From Octopus sinensis (lineage: Eukaryota): a DNA stretch of 64,000 nucleotides. Positions 1 through 13,727 of this stretch are shown in pieces. Each line of letters begins with the position of its first letter. Position 1 is the stretch's first letter. Under the pieces are notes generated by a model that saw nothing but the letters and a program-made list of their open reading frames with translations, searched no databases and was not told the DNA's origin. A program made the translations under genes and the position numbers. The DNA lies in the NCBI RefSeq assembly GCF_006345805.1, contig NC_043007.1, positions 36,022,001 to 36,086,000 of the forward strand, read 5' to 3'.

Positions 1-856
1 TCAATGTCATCAACCCCAGATTTTTATTGGTATTTTTATTTGATCAAATCCTGACTGGATGAAAGGTGAAGGTTATCTAAGTGACAGGATTTGAACTCAG
101 ACTGTGTGATTAAGAAGTTTGCTTCCTAATCATGTTGTGTCCAGTTCAATTCCACTGCATGGCACCTTGGGTGGGTGTCTTTCACTGAAGCCCTGTTCCA
201 AACAAAGCTTCATGAGGTATTTTATAGGTGCAGGAGTGGCTGTGTGGTAAGTAGCTTGCTTACCAACCACATGGTTCTGGTTTCAGTGTTTGTGTATGCA
301 GGGGAATTTTTCTGTATAACTGATAGCTTTCTATTCAGCTTTAATCAGATTTTATCTGTGACAATAAGGTTTGACTTTTGAGGGAAATTTGGCTCTATTT
401 CTTGTAATTCATGCAACTTTTGTGAAAGTTCCCTTGCTGGCTTGTATAACAATTCTTTGTCTTTACTGGCTGACATGGGTTGGCCAACATAGTCACATTT
501 TCTTCATAATTTTTACTATGACAGCTACAAAGAGCCAAAATTTTGATGTCTGTTTCCTAGCACTCTAAATTGTTCAGTAATGAGCTTATTGTTATACAGT
601 GTGGAGGTGCACTATCACTCAATGGAAAAGGTTACAAAAGGAGACACAGGACAGATAGAAGTCCTGTAGAGGAAGGCAACAATGAAAGAGAAGTACATGT
701 ATAGTATACAATAAAATACAAAACAGGAAAAAGATGCTTAGGCATGTCAGGAGCAGTGTTGGAGAATTTCAAGAAGCACAGAATATTTTAAGGATGCAGT
801 GTTCTGTCGGTCAATACAAAGAGAAGCAATATGCTCAAGACGTATGAGAAAGTAAA

Positions 857-1175
857 GGCAAATGGCTCAGTGGTTAGTGTTGGGCTTAGAGTTGTGAGTT
901 TGATTTCTTGGACCAGGCTGTGAGTTGTGTTCTTGAACAAGATGCTTTATTTCATGTTCCAGTTCAATTTGTGCGAAGCTGTATCGGCCTTTGCCTTTCC
1001 CTTGGACAACATTGGTGGCATGAGGCGGGGAGACTGATATGCATGGGTGACTGCTGCTGGTTGTCCACAAACAACCTTGCTGGACTTGTACCTCGGAGAG
1101 TAACTTTTAGGTGCAATCCCATGGTCACTCATGACCAAAGGTAGGTGTGTGTGTGTGGGGGGGGGCGTCTTTACC
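857..1175 (+). mobile_element. tRNA-headed SINE family B (head GGCTCAGTGGTTAG, body GTGTTCTTGAGCAAGACAC), diverged copy
   Basis: A-box TGGCTCAGTGGTTAG; body and tail align by eye to copies at 5582, 10328, 34247 and 42955. Confidence 0.75.
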
Positions 1176-1467
1176 CCATTTGATAGTATGTAAATTGGAT
1201 GACAGATTCATGCCTATGATCTGAGTAAGAACTCGGAATACAAAGGTCCAGAACAGAACGTAGCAAAGCATCCTGTCCAGTGTTGTAAGAGACTCTTCCA
1301 GTACACAGGCCTATACTAGAATTTTATTTTATCAACCTCAGCAGGACTTGAATTCAGAAAGCAAGGAACTGGAGTAAACACCACAAGGTATTTTGTCCAA
1401 TGCTCTAATGACTGTCAATGATTCCATGATCATAAAATAGCATGTGGGCTTATAAGGAATATAACTA

Positions 1468-1951
1468 CTGTAAATCCTTGAGTATAATACGCAGAGGATT
1501 TTTAGAGGGGCTGTACCTCTGAAAACCCTAAACCTTGTGTATAATACGCACATCTTCTCTAACCTGAGTCAAGGAGGTCTATATAATGTCCTTGGTTTAT
1601 AAAACTATATGGTAACGTCCTTTATTATTATTGTATATATAACATAATGCAAACGTGTAGCTTTTTTGTGCATTTTGTTTGCAGAAAATAAAGAAATAAC
1701 ATTTAATAAATTTTGCTTACTGCAAGTTATGGATGGTTCTTTTATGACTTCATTGCTTTCAGGCTTAGCTTAAGGTATTTTTGCACCCGACATCACAAAA
1801 TGCGTCTGAATAAACATTGCCAGACAGCAAATAGAGACTCGGACGTTGCTTAGAAAATAATTTTCAATTTTAACCTCGTATATAGTACGCACTAGAGATT
1901 TTGACCTTTAAATTTTGGGGAAAAATGCGGATTATTCTCGACGATTTACAG
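1468..1951. mobile_element. Tc1/mariner-superfamily (pogo/Tc2-like) MITE
   Basis: Imperfect ~26-bp TIRs CTGTAAATCCTTGAGTATAATACGCA / TGCGGATTATTCTCGACGATTTACAG, TA on both sides, no ORF. Confidence 0.7.
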
Positions 1952-2509
1952 TATATACTTTGAGATCCACTATGAAATACTGTTCCCACATTTGAGGCAG
2001 TGCTGCTACATACAACCACCTGATAGCAGATGCAAAAGAGATCTAGCCTGCTGCTTAGCAAAAACTCCTTGGCCAACACTAACTTCTCAACCAACAGCAT
2101 TTATAATTCTATCACACTATCACAACAGCCTTTGTTCCCCAGAACTCACTATAAAACTATAAAACACCTCCATCCAACTTATCCGTCCTTCCTCATTATG
2201 TTTGCTCACACTACTCCTTTTTACTGTACTGTCATTAACATTTCAGATTTGATGTCATCATTTCTGTTTGTTTTATTCTTTTGTCTGTAGACCGATTTCT
2301 TTGTTAATACCACCATATTCCTTGACATTTAGCCAGCCATTTCTTGTGTCTTATGAAAAGTTCAGCAGAGTTGGTGCCTTTGGACTATATGCAAATTTAT
2401 GTGTGTGTGTGTGTATGCATGTGTACAAGTGTCTATATGCATATATGCATGTGTTGTTACACATGTACATTTGTATGTCTTTATGTACATTAAACGATGA
2501 TGATGACAT

Positions 2510-3824
2510 TGATGTGTGTGTGTGTATGTATATATGTGTGTGTATGTATATATATATGTGTGTATGTATATATATATGTGTGTATGTATATATATGTGTA
2601 TGTATATATATATGTGTATGTATGTATATATATATGTATATGTGTATGTATGTATATGTGTATATATATATATGTGTATATGTGTATATATATGTGTATG
2701 TATGTATATATATATGTATATGTGTATGTATGTACATGTATATGTGTATGTATGTACATATATGTGTATGTATGTACATATATGTGTATGTATGTACATA
2801 TATATGTATGTGTATATATATATATGTGTATGTATATATATATATGTGTATGTATATGTATATATATGTGTATGTATGTATATATATATATATATATGTG
2901 TATGTATATATATATGTATGTGTATGTATATATATGTGTATGTGTATGTATATATATGTGTGTGTGTATGTATGTATGTATATATATATATGTGTATGTA
3001 TATATATGTGTGTGTGTATGTATGTATATGTGTGTGTGTATATGTGTGTGTGTGTATGTATATATATATGTGTGTGTGTATGTATATATATATGTGTGTG
3101 TATGTATATATATATGTGTATGTATGTATATATATATATGTATGTATATATATATATATATGTATGTATATATATATATATGTGTGTGTATGTATATATA
3201 TATATGTGTGTGTATGTATATGTGTGTGTGTGTATGTATGTATGTATGTATATATATATGTGAATGTATGTATGTATATGTGTATATATGTGTATGTATA
3301 TATATGTGTGTATGTATATATATATGTGTGTGTGTATGTATGTATATGTATATATATATGTGTGTGTGTATGTATGTATATATATATATATGTGTGTATG
3401 TATATATATGTGTGTGTGTGTATGTATATATATATGTGTGTGTGTATGTATGTATATATATATATATGTGTGTATGTATATATATATGTGTGTGTGTATG
3501 TATGTATATATATATATGTGTGTGTGTATGTATGTATATATATATATGTGTATGTATGTATATATGTGTATGTATATATATATATGTGTGTGTGTATATA
3601 TATGTGTGTATGTATGTATATATATATGTGTGTGTATGTATATATATATATGTGTGTGTATGTATATATATGTATGTGTGTGTATGTATATATATGTATG
3701 TATGTATATATATGTATGTATGTTATATATATGTGTGTATGTATATATATATTATGTATGTATATATGTTGTATGTATATATATGTATGTATAATATATG
3801 TATGTATATATATATATGTGTATG

Positions 3825-3856
<32 letters not shown>

Positions 3857-4180
3857 TATGTGTATGTATGTATGTGTATATATGTGTATGTATATATATA
3901 TATGTGTATGTATGTATGTGTATATATGTGTATGTATGTATATATATATATGTGTATGTATATATATATGTGTGTGTGTATGTATGTATATGTGTGTGTG
4001 TATATGTGTGTGTATGTATATATATGTATATGTGTGTGTGTATGTATATATATATGTGTGTGTGTGTATGTATATATATGTGTGTATGTATATATATATA
4101 TATATGTGTGTGTGTGTATGTATATATGTGTGTGTGTGTATGTATATATATGTGTGTGTGTATGTATATATATGTGTGTG

Positions 4181-4221
<41 letters not shown>

Positions 4222-4280
4222 ATGTATATATATATATATGTGTGTGTATGTATATATATATATGTGTGTGTGTGTGTATG

Positions 4281-4312
<32 letters not shown>
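2510..4312. repeat. ~1.8-kb compound (TA)n/(TG)n/(TATG)n microsatellite
   Basis: Near-continuous purine-pyrimidine alternation; source of the spurious 600-aa YICV/HTY ORFs. Confidence 0.97.
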
Positions 4313-4313
<1 letters not shown>

Positions 4314-4675
4314 GCAGAGTACATTTTTCTACTTGTGTTTGTGTCTATGGTCATGTATTTGTGTATGCAAATGTTTACAAGTTCACTAACACACACATAA
4401 ATATATGGGTGTAAACATATATGTTAGTATGTTTACACAAACAAAAATATGTGTATTCATTATTTTTTTCAGATACACGTATATGCATGCATGCATACAT
4501 ACATGTGTTTGTGTGTGAATTTATCTGTATTTTGGCAATTAAGCACACACACATGAATGTCTCACAAATAAAGCAACACTTAAACATGCTTAGTATTATA
4601 AAAGATGACATTCTAATAGAACAAATATCATGTGTGTGAGGAAAGAAAATTTTCTTTTTTTAACGTATGTACATC

Positions 4676-5000
4676 ATCATCATCATCGTTTAACGTCCGC
4701 TTTCCATGCTAGCATGGGTTGGACGGTTCAACTGGGGTCTGGGGAGCCCGAAGGGGCACCAGGTCAGTCAGATCTGGCAGTGTTTCTACAGCTGGATGCC
4801 CTTCCTAACGCCAACCACTCCGAGAGTGTAGTGGGTGATTTTATGTGCCACCGACACAGGTGCCAGACGAGGCTGGCGAACGGCCACGCTTGGATGGTGT
4901 TTTTTATGTGCCACCGATACAGGTGCCAGACGAGGCTGGCAGACAGCCACGCTCGGATGGTGTTTTTTATGTGCCACCGACACAGGTGCCAGACGAGGCT
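4676..5000 (-). mobile_element. Non-autonomous retroelement with (TGA)n tail and internal 63-bp tandem repeat (RTE-related or SINE-like)
   Basis: CATCATCATCGTTTAACGTCCGC...CCTTCCTAACGCC; ATGTGCCACC recurs at 4843, 4906 and 4969; paralog at 6106. Confidence 0.75.
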
Positions 5001-5560
5001 GTATGCATTTTTGTATATAATCATTAGCACATCTGGCAAAATGCTTACCAGTATTTCATCTACCGCTGTGTTCTGAGTTCAAATTCCGCCGAGGTCGACT
5101 TTGCCTTTCATCCTTTCAGGGTCGATTAAATAAATACCAGTTATGCACTAGGGTCGTTGTACGCAACTTAATCTCTTTGTCTATCCTTGTTTGTCCCCTC
5201 TATGTTTAGCCCCTTGTGGGCTATAAAGAATTATATATGTGTGTGTGAAAGTATGTTTGTGTCTCTTTGTCTTGACGTCAGATGATAGTTGTAAATGAGT
5301 ATTGCTGTCATATACTATCAGTGTCATTAATTTCCAGTAATCTGCAGACACGTCTGGTCATGGGGAATATATTACCTTGCTTGGAAACGGGTTAGGGTTG
5401 TTGACAGAAAGGGTATCTGTAGAAATCTGCTTCAATAAACTCCATCTAACCCATGTAAACATAGAAATGTGGATGTTAAAAATGATGCTGATGATGAGCC
5501 AAGAAAGGAATTTTTATAAGGTTGCTTGTCCTGCAAGAAATAGCAGTCAGATTTTCTTAT

Positions 5561-6097
5561 CCCTTTAGTATTCAGATTACAAGGAGGAAGAGGGCCATGG
5601 GATTGCACCTAGAAAGTCACCCTCTGAGGACAAGTCCAGGCAAGGTTGTTTATGGAAGGCCAGCAGTCGCCCATGCATACCAGCCTCCCCTTTCCACACC
5701 ACTGATGTTATCCAAGGGAAAGACAAAGGCTGATACAGCTTGGCACCAGTAATGTCACAACACATTTCTACAGCTGAGTTAACTGGAGCAACGTGAAAAT
5801 TAAGTGTCTTGCTCAAGAACACAACACGCAGCTCGGTCTGGGAATCGAACTCACAACCTCACGATCATAAGCTCGACGCTCTAACCACTGAGCCGTGCGC
5901 CTTCACTCTGACAGGTATGTTTGTTTATTCATATTGTTTTGAATTTATCATACATTATCTTGTAGCTTTGAGATTTTAATGATGTGATTATTTAGTCTTA
6001 GAATTACATTGTAAGGTAGGTGCAAGAGGTCTAATCTGGTGGTCAGTTTGAACATAAAACAATATTTTGGCCAGTTTGAATACTAAGGGGTTAAATT
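5561..6097. mobile_element. piggyBac-like MITE interrupted by a family-B SINE
   Basis: Termini TTAT|CCCTTTAGTATTCA and TGAATACTAAGGGG|TTAA; SINE occupies 5582-5905. Confidence 0.5.
5582..5905 (-). mobile_element. tRNA-headed SINE family B
   Basis: Minus-strand head GGCGCACGGCTCAGTGGTTAGAGCG...GAGTTCGATTCCC (A and B boxes). Confidence 0.85.
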
Positions 6098-6105
6098 TCA
6101 CTCTA

Positions 6106-6420
6106 CATCATCATCATCATCGTTTAGCATCCGTTTTCCATGCTAGCATGGGTTGGACGGTTCTACTGGGGTCTGTGAAGCCAGAAGGCTTCATCAGGCC
6201 CAGTCAAAATCTGGCAGTGTTTCTACGGCTGGATGCCCTTCCTAACGCCAACCACTCCGAGAGTGTAGTGGGTGCTTTTTATGTGCCACCCGCACAGGTG
6301 CCAGACAGAGCTGGCAAACGGCCACGAACGGATGGTGCTTTTTATGTGCCACCGGCACGAGGGCCAGGCGAGGCTGGCAATGGACACGAAACGGGGCGGT
6401 GCTGGCAACGGTCGCGAAAC
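6106..6420 (-). mobile_element. Second copy of the (TGA)n-tailed element with the 63-bp internal repeat
   Basis: Aligns to 4676-5000; ATGTGCC recurs at 6281 and 6344. Confidence 0.75.
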
Positions 6421-7079
6421 ATGCTGGAGTCCATTCAGTAGTTGTAATTTCATTGATCAAATATATATGTCCAGCCAGGACTGACCTAGTGCTAAAACGA
6501 ACAATTGTAAACAAGACAGTCTTCTCCACTTAAGAATAGTTAGTCAAGACACTTGATACAAGATGAGAGTAGTCCACTTGACTATGAACACATACAACTG
6601 AGTGCTATTGTGTCAACACTGTTAGCTAACCACTAATATTTCCTAATTATCTCATTCAACCGTATTCAGCTTATTTCTGTTGTTGATTTGTAAATCTTCG
6701 AGCTGTATCCTTTTCTCATTAACAAATCAAGTTTGTTTTATTGTTTTATTCTCCAATGCAACAGCAAGATATAATATTTAAAATGTCAGCTTAATTATTT
6801 ATGAAGTTGGCGACATGGTTGAAGGATATAGTATCAATGTACATGTTTATTATGAGTCACAAGTTCATACTTGTGGCTTTTGTTTCATTTTTTGTTTTCA
6901 GGCAGAACATTTTATTAATCAGAATAATGAAATGCACATTTATTCTTAATGCATACATGCTAATTGTTGTGTTTGTCACAGGAGAACAGCTTCTCTTTTA
7001 TAACGACTATGTATTCATAACACACTTAATACATTGAAATAAAGGATTCTGGGCTACTGATGTTTTGACATGTTGTGTC

Positions 7080-7495
7080 TCAGCAACCAGAACTACCTGG
7101 ACTATTGAATCTAATAGGAGCCACTGACCTTGTTTCAAAAGCCAAAGAAATGCGTTCTTCTGTGTCGTCTGCATTGGCTGGGTCATGCCCTCCATCGTCA
7201 ACCAGGAGAATTCATCTACGAAGCAATTGCCCCAGCTCCCCTTCAGGATTGGCGAAAGTGATGTGGTGGACAATGAAAAACCTGGCTGATGACAGTCAAG
7301 GCTGATCAGGAACCCATGCTAGGCTCCCATATATACAGCGTCCGCCACTGGAATAAGGAGTGGTTGGAGATCACATGGCCATTAGTCTCAAATTGTCAGG
7401 TCTGGTCGGTGTTTGTGAGAGATGCAGCATTGAGGATGAATGAAGCCAGCTCAACCCACCCTGGGTGAATGCTGTCTCAAGACAAAACAAAACAA
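7080..7495 (+). pseudogene. 3' remnant of an RTE-clade LINE ORF2
   Basis: Translates to WLGHALHRQPGE...DWRK*CGGQ*KTWLMTVKADQEPM...HWNKEWLE...STHPG*, followed by an (ACAAA)n tail; typical RTE C-terminus. Confidence 0.7.
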
Positions 7496-8144
7496 GATTG
7501 ACCTTGTTTATAATTTCAGTGAACAAATTGTCCACTGATCTGTGCTGATATCTGCCAACCAATAATAAATTGTCCTATGCATGGTGAACAGCAAGATTCA
7601 AAACGACTAAATGTATATTTATTCTTAATAAGCTCCAATAGATTTGAATGCAAATAGGCTAATTTTTACTGTTCATTGAATCTATTAATATCTGTTATCA
7701 GGGATAGGTAACAGGTCAGTGTGAAAATTTTCAGACTACTGCCTTTCAATCAAGAATAGGTCCCAGATTACAATGAGAATATTCACTTTCACACCACAGT
7801 TCAACTAGCTTGTTTTGTCTCGGACAACAATCCACCAACCACCTCACTCTGCAACCTTGACATTGGAACTTGACTCCAATGTCAAGGGGTATGATGTGTG
7901 TATGAAAGAAAGAGAGATAGAGAAGTGGGGGGTACTTATGATGTCTTCTTAAAACACAGTGTGGGAGTAATACAACTGGTAATGTTTTAGTATATTGTCT
8001 GTGTGTGTGTGACAATTGCTTGTCAAATTTATCACATTAAGCTTAGTGTTTCCACTACCATGTAAACATATTCCATGGCTATCCCCATCTATCTATCTAT
8101 GGAAGTCCTTATCTATCTATCTATCTATCTCTTCTCCCGCTCTC

Positions 8145-8160
8145 TCTTTGTATATATATG

Positions 8161-8192
<32 letters not shown>

Positions 8193-8497
8193 TATGTGTA
8201 TATATATATGTGTATATATATGTATATATATATATATGTGTATATATATGTGTATATATATGTATATATATATATATATGTGTATATATGTGTATATATA
8301 TATGTGTATATATATATGTGTATATATATATGTATATATATATATGTGTTTATATATATGTGTATATATATATATATGTATGTATGTATATAATGTGTGT
8401 GTGTGTGTATGTATATAATATATATGTGTATATGTATATGTATATATATATATGTATATGTGTGTATATCTATATGTATGCATATATATATATATAT
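8145..8497. repeat. (TA)/(TG) compound microsatellite
   Basis: Direct inspection. Confidence 0.95.
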
Positions 8498-10259
8498 GAA
8501 GTTAATCCAAACATAAAAACAAGGAGAAAACACAACAACGCAAGGACGTGGAACAAATATAGTATTATTGGATGCTCAGGAAGGAAGGGAAACAGGAAAA
8601 GGAAAGATCCCGAGAAGGGAAGACAGAAGAAAAAAATTGCCAACGGTACACACGTGGTCACATAAATATATATATACATATATTTACAAATATACACACA
8701 CAAATATATATATACATACATACATATATATATATATATACACACAAATGCTTAGCTGTATTTTGCCTGTGCTTACATTTTGAGTTCAAATTCCGCTGAG
8801 GTCATCTTTTTATCCATTTCAGATCTATTCAATTTGACATACAGATTATTTAATTAATTTTTTTTAACTAAACACTTTGAAATTTCTGAGACTGGTACAA
8901 TGTGTTTACTCTTAACATTTTTGAAAAAATTTTGTATTTTAGAAGTTATTTCGTCACAAGTTACAGAGTGGCAATGGACAAATTCGTGTTTGGTAAGTGC
9001 CAATACACAAAACTCTCTGCTTTTGATTTACTCTCTAACTTCTGCCGATGATATGTATGCATATTATACATATTTGTGTAAAAAAAAAATAATTCATCAC
9101 ACTATCAAACCAATGAAAGAGCCTTTACCTGGTTGCTCAACATGCTAAAAATAGCAGCCAATGTATCCCCCTACCCAGTATTTTATAAGGTAAAATCCTA
9201 AATTATTAATTGACACACTATGATCTCTTAACAGCAATGCCTGGAAAAATCATGGATTACATGGAAAAATGCAAGCATGAAAAGTAATATTCTTAAGATT
9301 ATAAACCTGGAAAAGTACAGGACAAGTTATTATGCCTGTGAAAGTATAGGACAAACTATTACTTCAAATAAAGTAAAGACTAAGAAACCTTTTACTTAAA
9401 ATATTGCAGCTAAAATTAAAATTTGAATATTAAAAAATATTCTATTATAGTTTACAAATAACACTATACTTATTTAAGTAGAATTTGCCTAATTTACTAC
9501 CTTAAATACAGAAAATAGTGACTAATTAGACAAACTTACAAATTAGCTGAACAGTTTTGTACAATAAATTTAAAAGATGAAAACTATACAGTGTGATAAA
9601 TTAGAAGAACTGGCATTCTTTGCTGCAATATTTTTACACCAAAATCAGTGACTCAGTTTTCAAATGCATAAGGAAGATATGCACATACACATGCAAATTC
9701 TCTTTTAAATATATAGAAGATGACCCTGTCTGTCATTCTGTCTATCTCTCACATTCCCTGTGTGTCTATCTCTTCCTGTCTCCTCCCCTGCCCTGATATC
9801 AGCCATCCTCATTATGACACATTTTCCTGAACCTAACACTTTTGCACCCTCTCATTTTATCATATAATAGCCTAACTCCTGTAGTTGGTCCAATATTGAT
9901 TTTAATTGAAATCCAATTAGCCTGTAATTAAACTGGGTGTTAGTTCAACATGTATACAAAGTTTGGTGAAGATTGGTTCCTTTGTTTGGGTAACAGACAA
10001 CTTGCCATTTATGTATAAGATATATATATAATTTCACTTTTGTATTTGGTTTGCAAGATTCTTTATGTGATTTCATGTGTTGAAGCATATTTTGGTGTAT
10101 CTTGGGAGAGTCATTCTGTTTTAATGCCTTAACAGCTATGGAAGAGGTTGCAAGAAGCAATGAAAATTTTAGGAAAAATAAAAAAGTAAATGAGTGGAAA
10201 TTGGACTGGTGAGTGTGTTAATTAATAAGGTATTAAAACAGAATGACTCTCCCCAGACT

Positions 10260-10327
<68 letters not shown>

Positions 10328-10331
<4 letters not shown>

Positions 10332-10665
10332 GCATTGCTCAGTGATTAGATCACGGGGCTTGCAATCATGAGGTAGTGAATTCGACTCCAGGACCGGGCT
10401 GTGTTGTGTTCTTGAGCAAGACACTCTATTTCACACTGCTCCAGTTCACTCAGTTGCAGAAATGAATTGCAATGTCACTGGTGCCAAACTGTAGTAGTCT
10501 TTGCCTTTCCCTTGGATAACATCAATGGCACGGAGAAGGGGAGCTGGTATGCATGGGTGACTGCTGGTCTTCCATAAACAACCTTACCCGAACTTGTGCA
10601 TTGGAGGGGAATCTTCTAGGTGCAATCCCATTGTCATTCATGACTGATGGGGTTTTTACCCTTTA
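10328..10665 (+). mobile_element. tRNA-headed SINE family B
   Basis: Aligns to 5582-5905 and 42955-43305. Confidence 0.8.
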
Positions 10666-11030
10666 TATATATATATATATATATAGTATAATGTAGTATA
10701 GTCAGGCTTCTCTCATGAGTGTGTATGGTTTAGTAATGTGCATCATGCTTTTGGTAATTACCTTAGATGCCTCTGTGACCACAGAGTAAACACTCACATA
10801 GTCTTGCTACTGTTGACCCAGCAGAACTGCTAGGATATGACAGATGATGGGAGAGAGATCTGCACTACTGCAACCAGATGGCTTTTTATTTCAGATAATT
10901 AAACTGGAGTAACATAAAAATGTGAAGTGCCTTGCTTAAGGATACAAGCACCATTGCATCTAGATATTAAGCATGTGACCTTATGATCAGGAATTAAACA
11001 CTTTAATCACCATATATATTTATTTTTTAT

Positions 11031-11257
11031 TTTTTTTACTTGTTTCAGTCATTTGACAGTGGCCATGCTAGTGCACCACCTCGGAGTGTTTTTTGTTGAA
11101 CAAGTCGACCCCAGGACTTATTCTTTAAGCTTAGTTCTTATTCTATCAGTCTTTTTTGCCCTAACCACTAAGTTATGGGGGACATAAACACACCAACACC
11201 GGTTGTCAAGTGGTGATGGCGGGACAAACAGACACAAAGACACACAGATATATACAT

Positions 11258-11310
<53 letters not shown>

Positions 11311-11450
11311 ACAGTTTTCTTTCAGTTTCATTCTATCCACTCACATGGCTTTGGTCATCTCGAGGCTATAGTAGAAGACACCCAAGGTGCCATGCTATAG
11401 GATTGAACCCAGAACCATATGATTGGGAACAAGCTTCTTACCACACAGCA
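11031..11450 (-). mobile_element. CORE-like SINE family C with internal (TA)n
   Basis: Aligns to 46334 and 48448 copies; (GTAAAA)-type tail; the family body GCACCTTGGGCAAGTGTCTT resembles the CORE domain. Confidence 0.75.
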
Positions 11451-12765
11451 TATATGTGTCTGTGTGTGTGTGTGTTTGTGTGTGTGCACGCGTGTGTGTA
11501 TGTGTGTGTGTGTGTGTTGATGTCATATGAATTTATAAATTTCAAGGACATGAAATAATTCTTTTTAGGAATAGTGAATCTCGAAGCCACTGAAGCTATA
11601 AATAACAACATGTAAAGGGTTTTAACCCAATATTTACATGCTATAGTTTTTATTTGGTTTGAAATTTGTAAAAAGAGTTATATTATTAACTAACTGTAGA
11701 CAAAAGGAACATTGTAAAACTGACAATTTTTTTTTTTTTTGTTAGCATGCATTACTCAGTTCAGTTCACTATCAGTGGTGGTGGGTTTGGCTTGGAGAGA
11801 AAAAGGCATCATTCAAAAGGGTTATCCCTCAACCCAATATATAGAAGGCATCATCCAGAGTAGTGATTCTGTGAAACAGGTTTGTTTATGGCGACCCCAA
11901 ATTACTGCCTGTGTTGTTGCCATACCATGTGTTTACAAGACATCATTCTGCCTATCTGTCTGCCTGTAAGTCTCTATTTGTATGTGTGTGTGTCTATCTC
12001 TCTCCCTCTCTTTCTCCTTCCTCTACTCCTCTCTCTCATATACACACTCTGCTCCGAAATATCAACACTCCAAACTTATACAAAACTCCATGTGTCAGCA
12101 GTTTCCAAATCATCGTATGCTGCTATTTTCTCTGATTCAGCAGGCTTATTTATAATCAAAGGCATTTCAGCTGTGGTCATCCAGTCTTATTTTTAAACAT
12201 AGTATATGTTTCTAAAGACTACTTTATCCAATGTGTCCTTTTATTAAAACAGTAAATGGCTTTAGTCAATTATATAGACTCAAGTACTTATTTCTAAGTC
12301 TGCTACTTCACTTATTGAACACTATTTGTCAAACTGCTATGTCACAAAACAAAAATACATACACACACCTACGCATGCACCATCACACATACACACACAT
12401 GCGCTCACATAACGAACTTCCAAACAGTATCTGCTTGCCAATTTCAGCTCAAGGCTATATCAGAAGTCACTTGTCTAAGATATCAAGCAGTTGGCTTGAA
12501 CTCTGAACCACCTGCTTGCAAAGCAAACTCCTTCCCCAGATTTCACAATTGTGCTTGTATTTATGTCTGTATTCCAATTACTAATTTAAAAATATATTCC
12601 GCTGGAAGGTGGGTATGGCTTGGAGAGAAAAGGGCATCATTCAAAAGGATTATCCCTCAACGTAATATATAGAAGGCATCATCCTGAGTGGTGATTCTGT
12701 GAAACAGTTTTGTTTATGGCGACCCCAATTTGTATCTGGTTGGTAGGAGATTCAAGAACAGACTG

Positions 12766-13089
12766 GGACATATTTACTAAGTAAGAAAACAGCACAGCTC
12801 CCATGACTTCAGGAAACATTTTTTCACGCTGAGAGTTGCTGAAGCATGGAACAAACTGCCGGCATCGGTTGTTAGTTGTCGGAGCACTGCATCCTTCAAA
12901 ACTTCCATGCTTCCTGAGATTCGCCAGCACTACACTTGATTTTCTCCCCTCCATACACACACAAGCATATATCTGACTCATACATTGTTCGCTTTCCAGA
13001 CATTTCTACATTACTGCATGTACTTTATATGCACTTTCTGACAAGTTGTGGTGCACCTGAGCACTGTATACAATAATTTCATTATTATT
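12766..13089 (+). mobile_element. 3' end of a CR1/L2-group LINE
   Basis: FFTLRVAEAWNKLPASVVSCRSTASFKTSM motif, then 3'UTR ending ATAATTTCATTATTATT. Confidence 0.85.
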
Positions 13090-13282
13090 TTAAAAAGAAG
13101 TGGAAACTACCATTGTAGTTGAAACGTCTTAAACAGAAGAAGAAAGCTGTTTGTTGATATAATGAGCTTGTCAGTCGTCAGCTGTTTTGAACGTTTCAAA
13201 TAGCTCGGCCACATGGACACGCTTTTGTTTACGACGTTACGATCAACAGCATTAAAGAAAGAATCTGTTTCATCATCTTATA

Positions 13283-13727
13283 CAAATTTATGCTAATACT
13301 ATATATTGTTTTATGTCTTAACTTTCAAGGATGCGGTAAGTAAAATAACATTTCAAATAACATCGTTTAAGGATAGCCTAAGCAACAGTGTAAAAGTTAC
13401 CATATCATTTAAAATACCGGACATTAATTAAAGACGATGTTATTTGAAATGTTATTTTACTTACCGTATCCTTGAAAGTTAAGATAGAAAACAATATATA
13501 GGGATCTTTTCGGTTTGAACGGCAGATTTTAAAAATAATTTCCACGTAACTAAACACTTTTAAACTTCGTATACTGGTAGAATGACCCTAACCCTAACCC
13601 TCAAACAGATTGAAGTGCAATAGATCGATACTAGGGGCATAATTATGGTTGACAATTTCATATGACACCGCTAGAAAAACTGCCGTTCAAACCGAAAAGA
13701 TCCATATATAGTATTAACACAAATTTG
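13283..13727. mobile_element. Foldback/MITE with ~85-bp inverted arms, right arm split by a hAT MITE
   Basis: 13281-13368 is the reverse complement of 13434-13501 plus 13712-13729; TA on both outer sides. Confidence 0.75.
13502..13703. mobile_element. hAT-type MITE, internally deleted copy
   Basis: TIR GGATCTTTTCGGTTTGAACGGCAG; 8-bp TSD ATATATAG at 13494-13501 and 13704-13711. Confidence 0.9.

Noticed and set aside
2268-4414. Several 330-650-aa ORFs (YICV/HTY-rich)
   Set aside because: Translations of a TA/TG microsatellite that lacks stop codons; the same applies to ORFs at 8016-8665, 18514-19049, 42569-43153 and 56592-57283.
4840-5000. Regularly spaced repeats resembling a CRISPR array
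   Set aside because: The whole 63-bp unit repeats with no unique spacers; eukaryotic context and no cas genes.
6880-6950. Strong splice acceptor at 6901 followed by a short frame
   Set aside because: No matching donor or homology; such sites are common in AT-rich DNA.
13096-13130. Hairpin followed by GAAACGTC (hammerhead-like)
   Set aside because: No CUGANGA core upstream; at best a destroyed motif.
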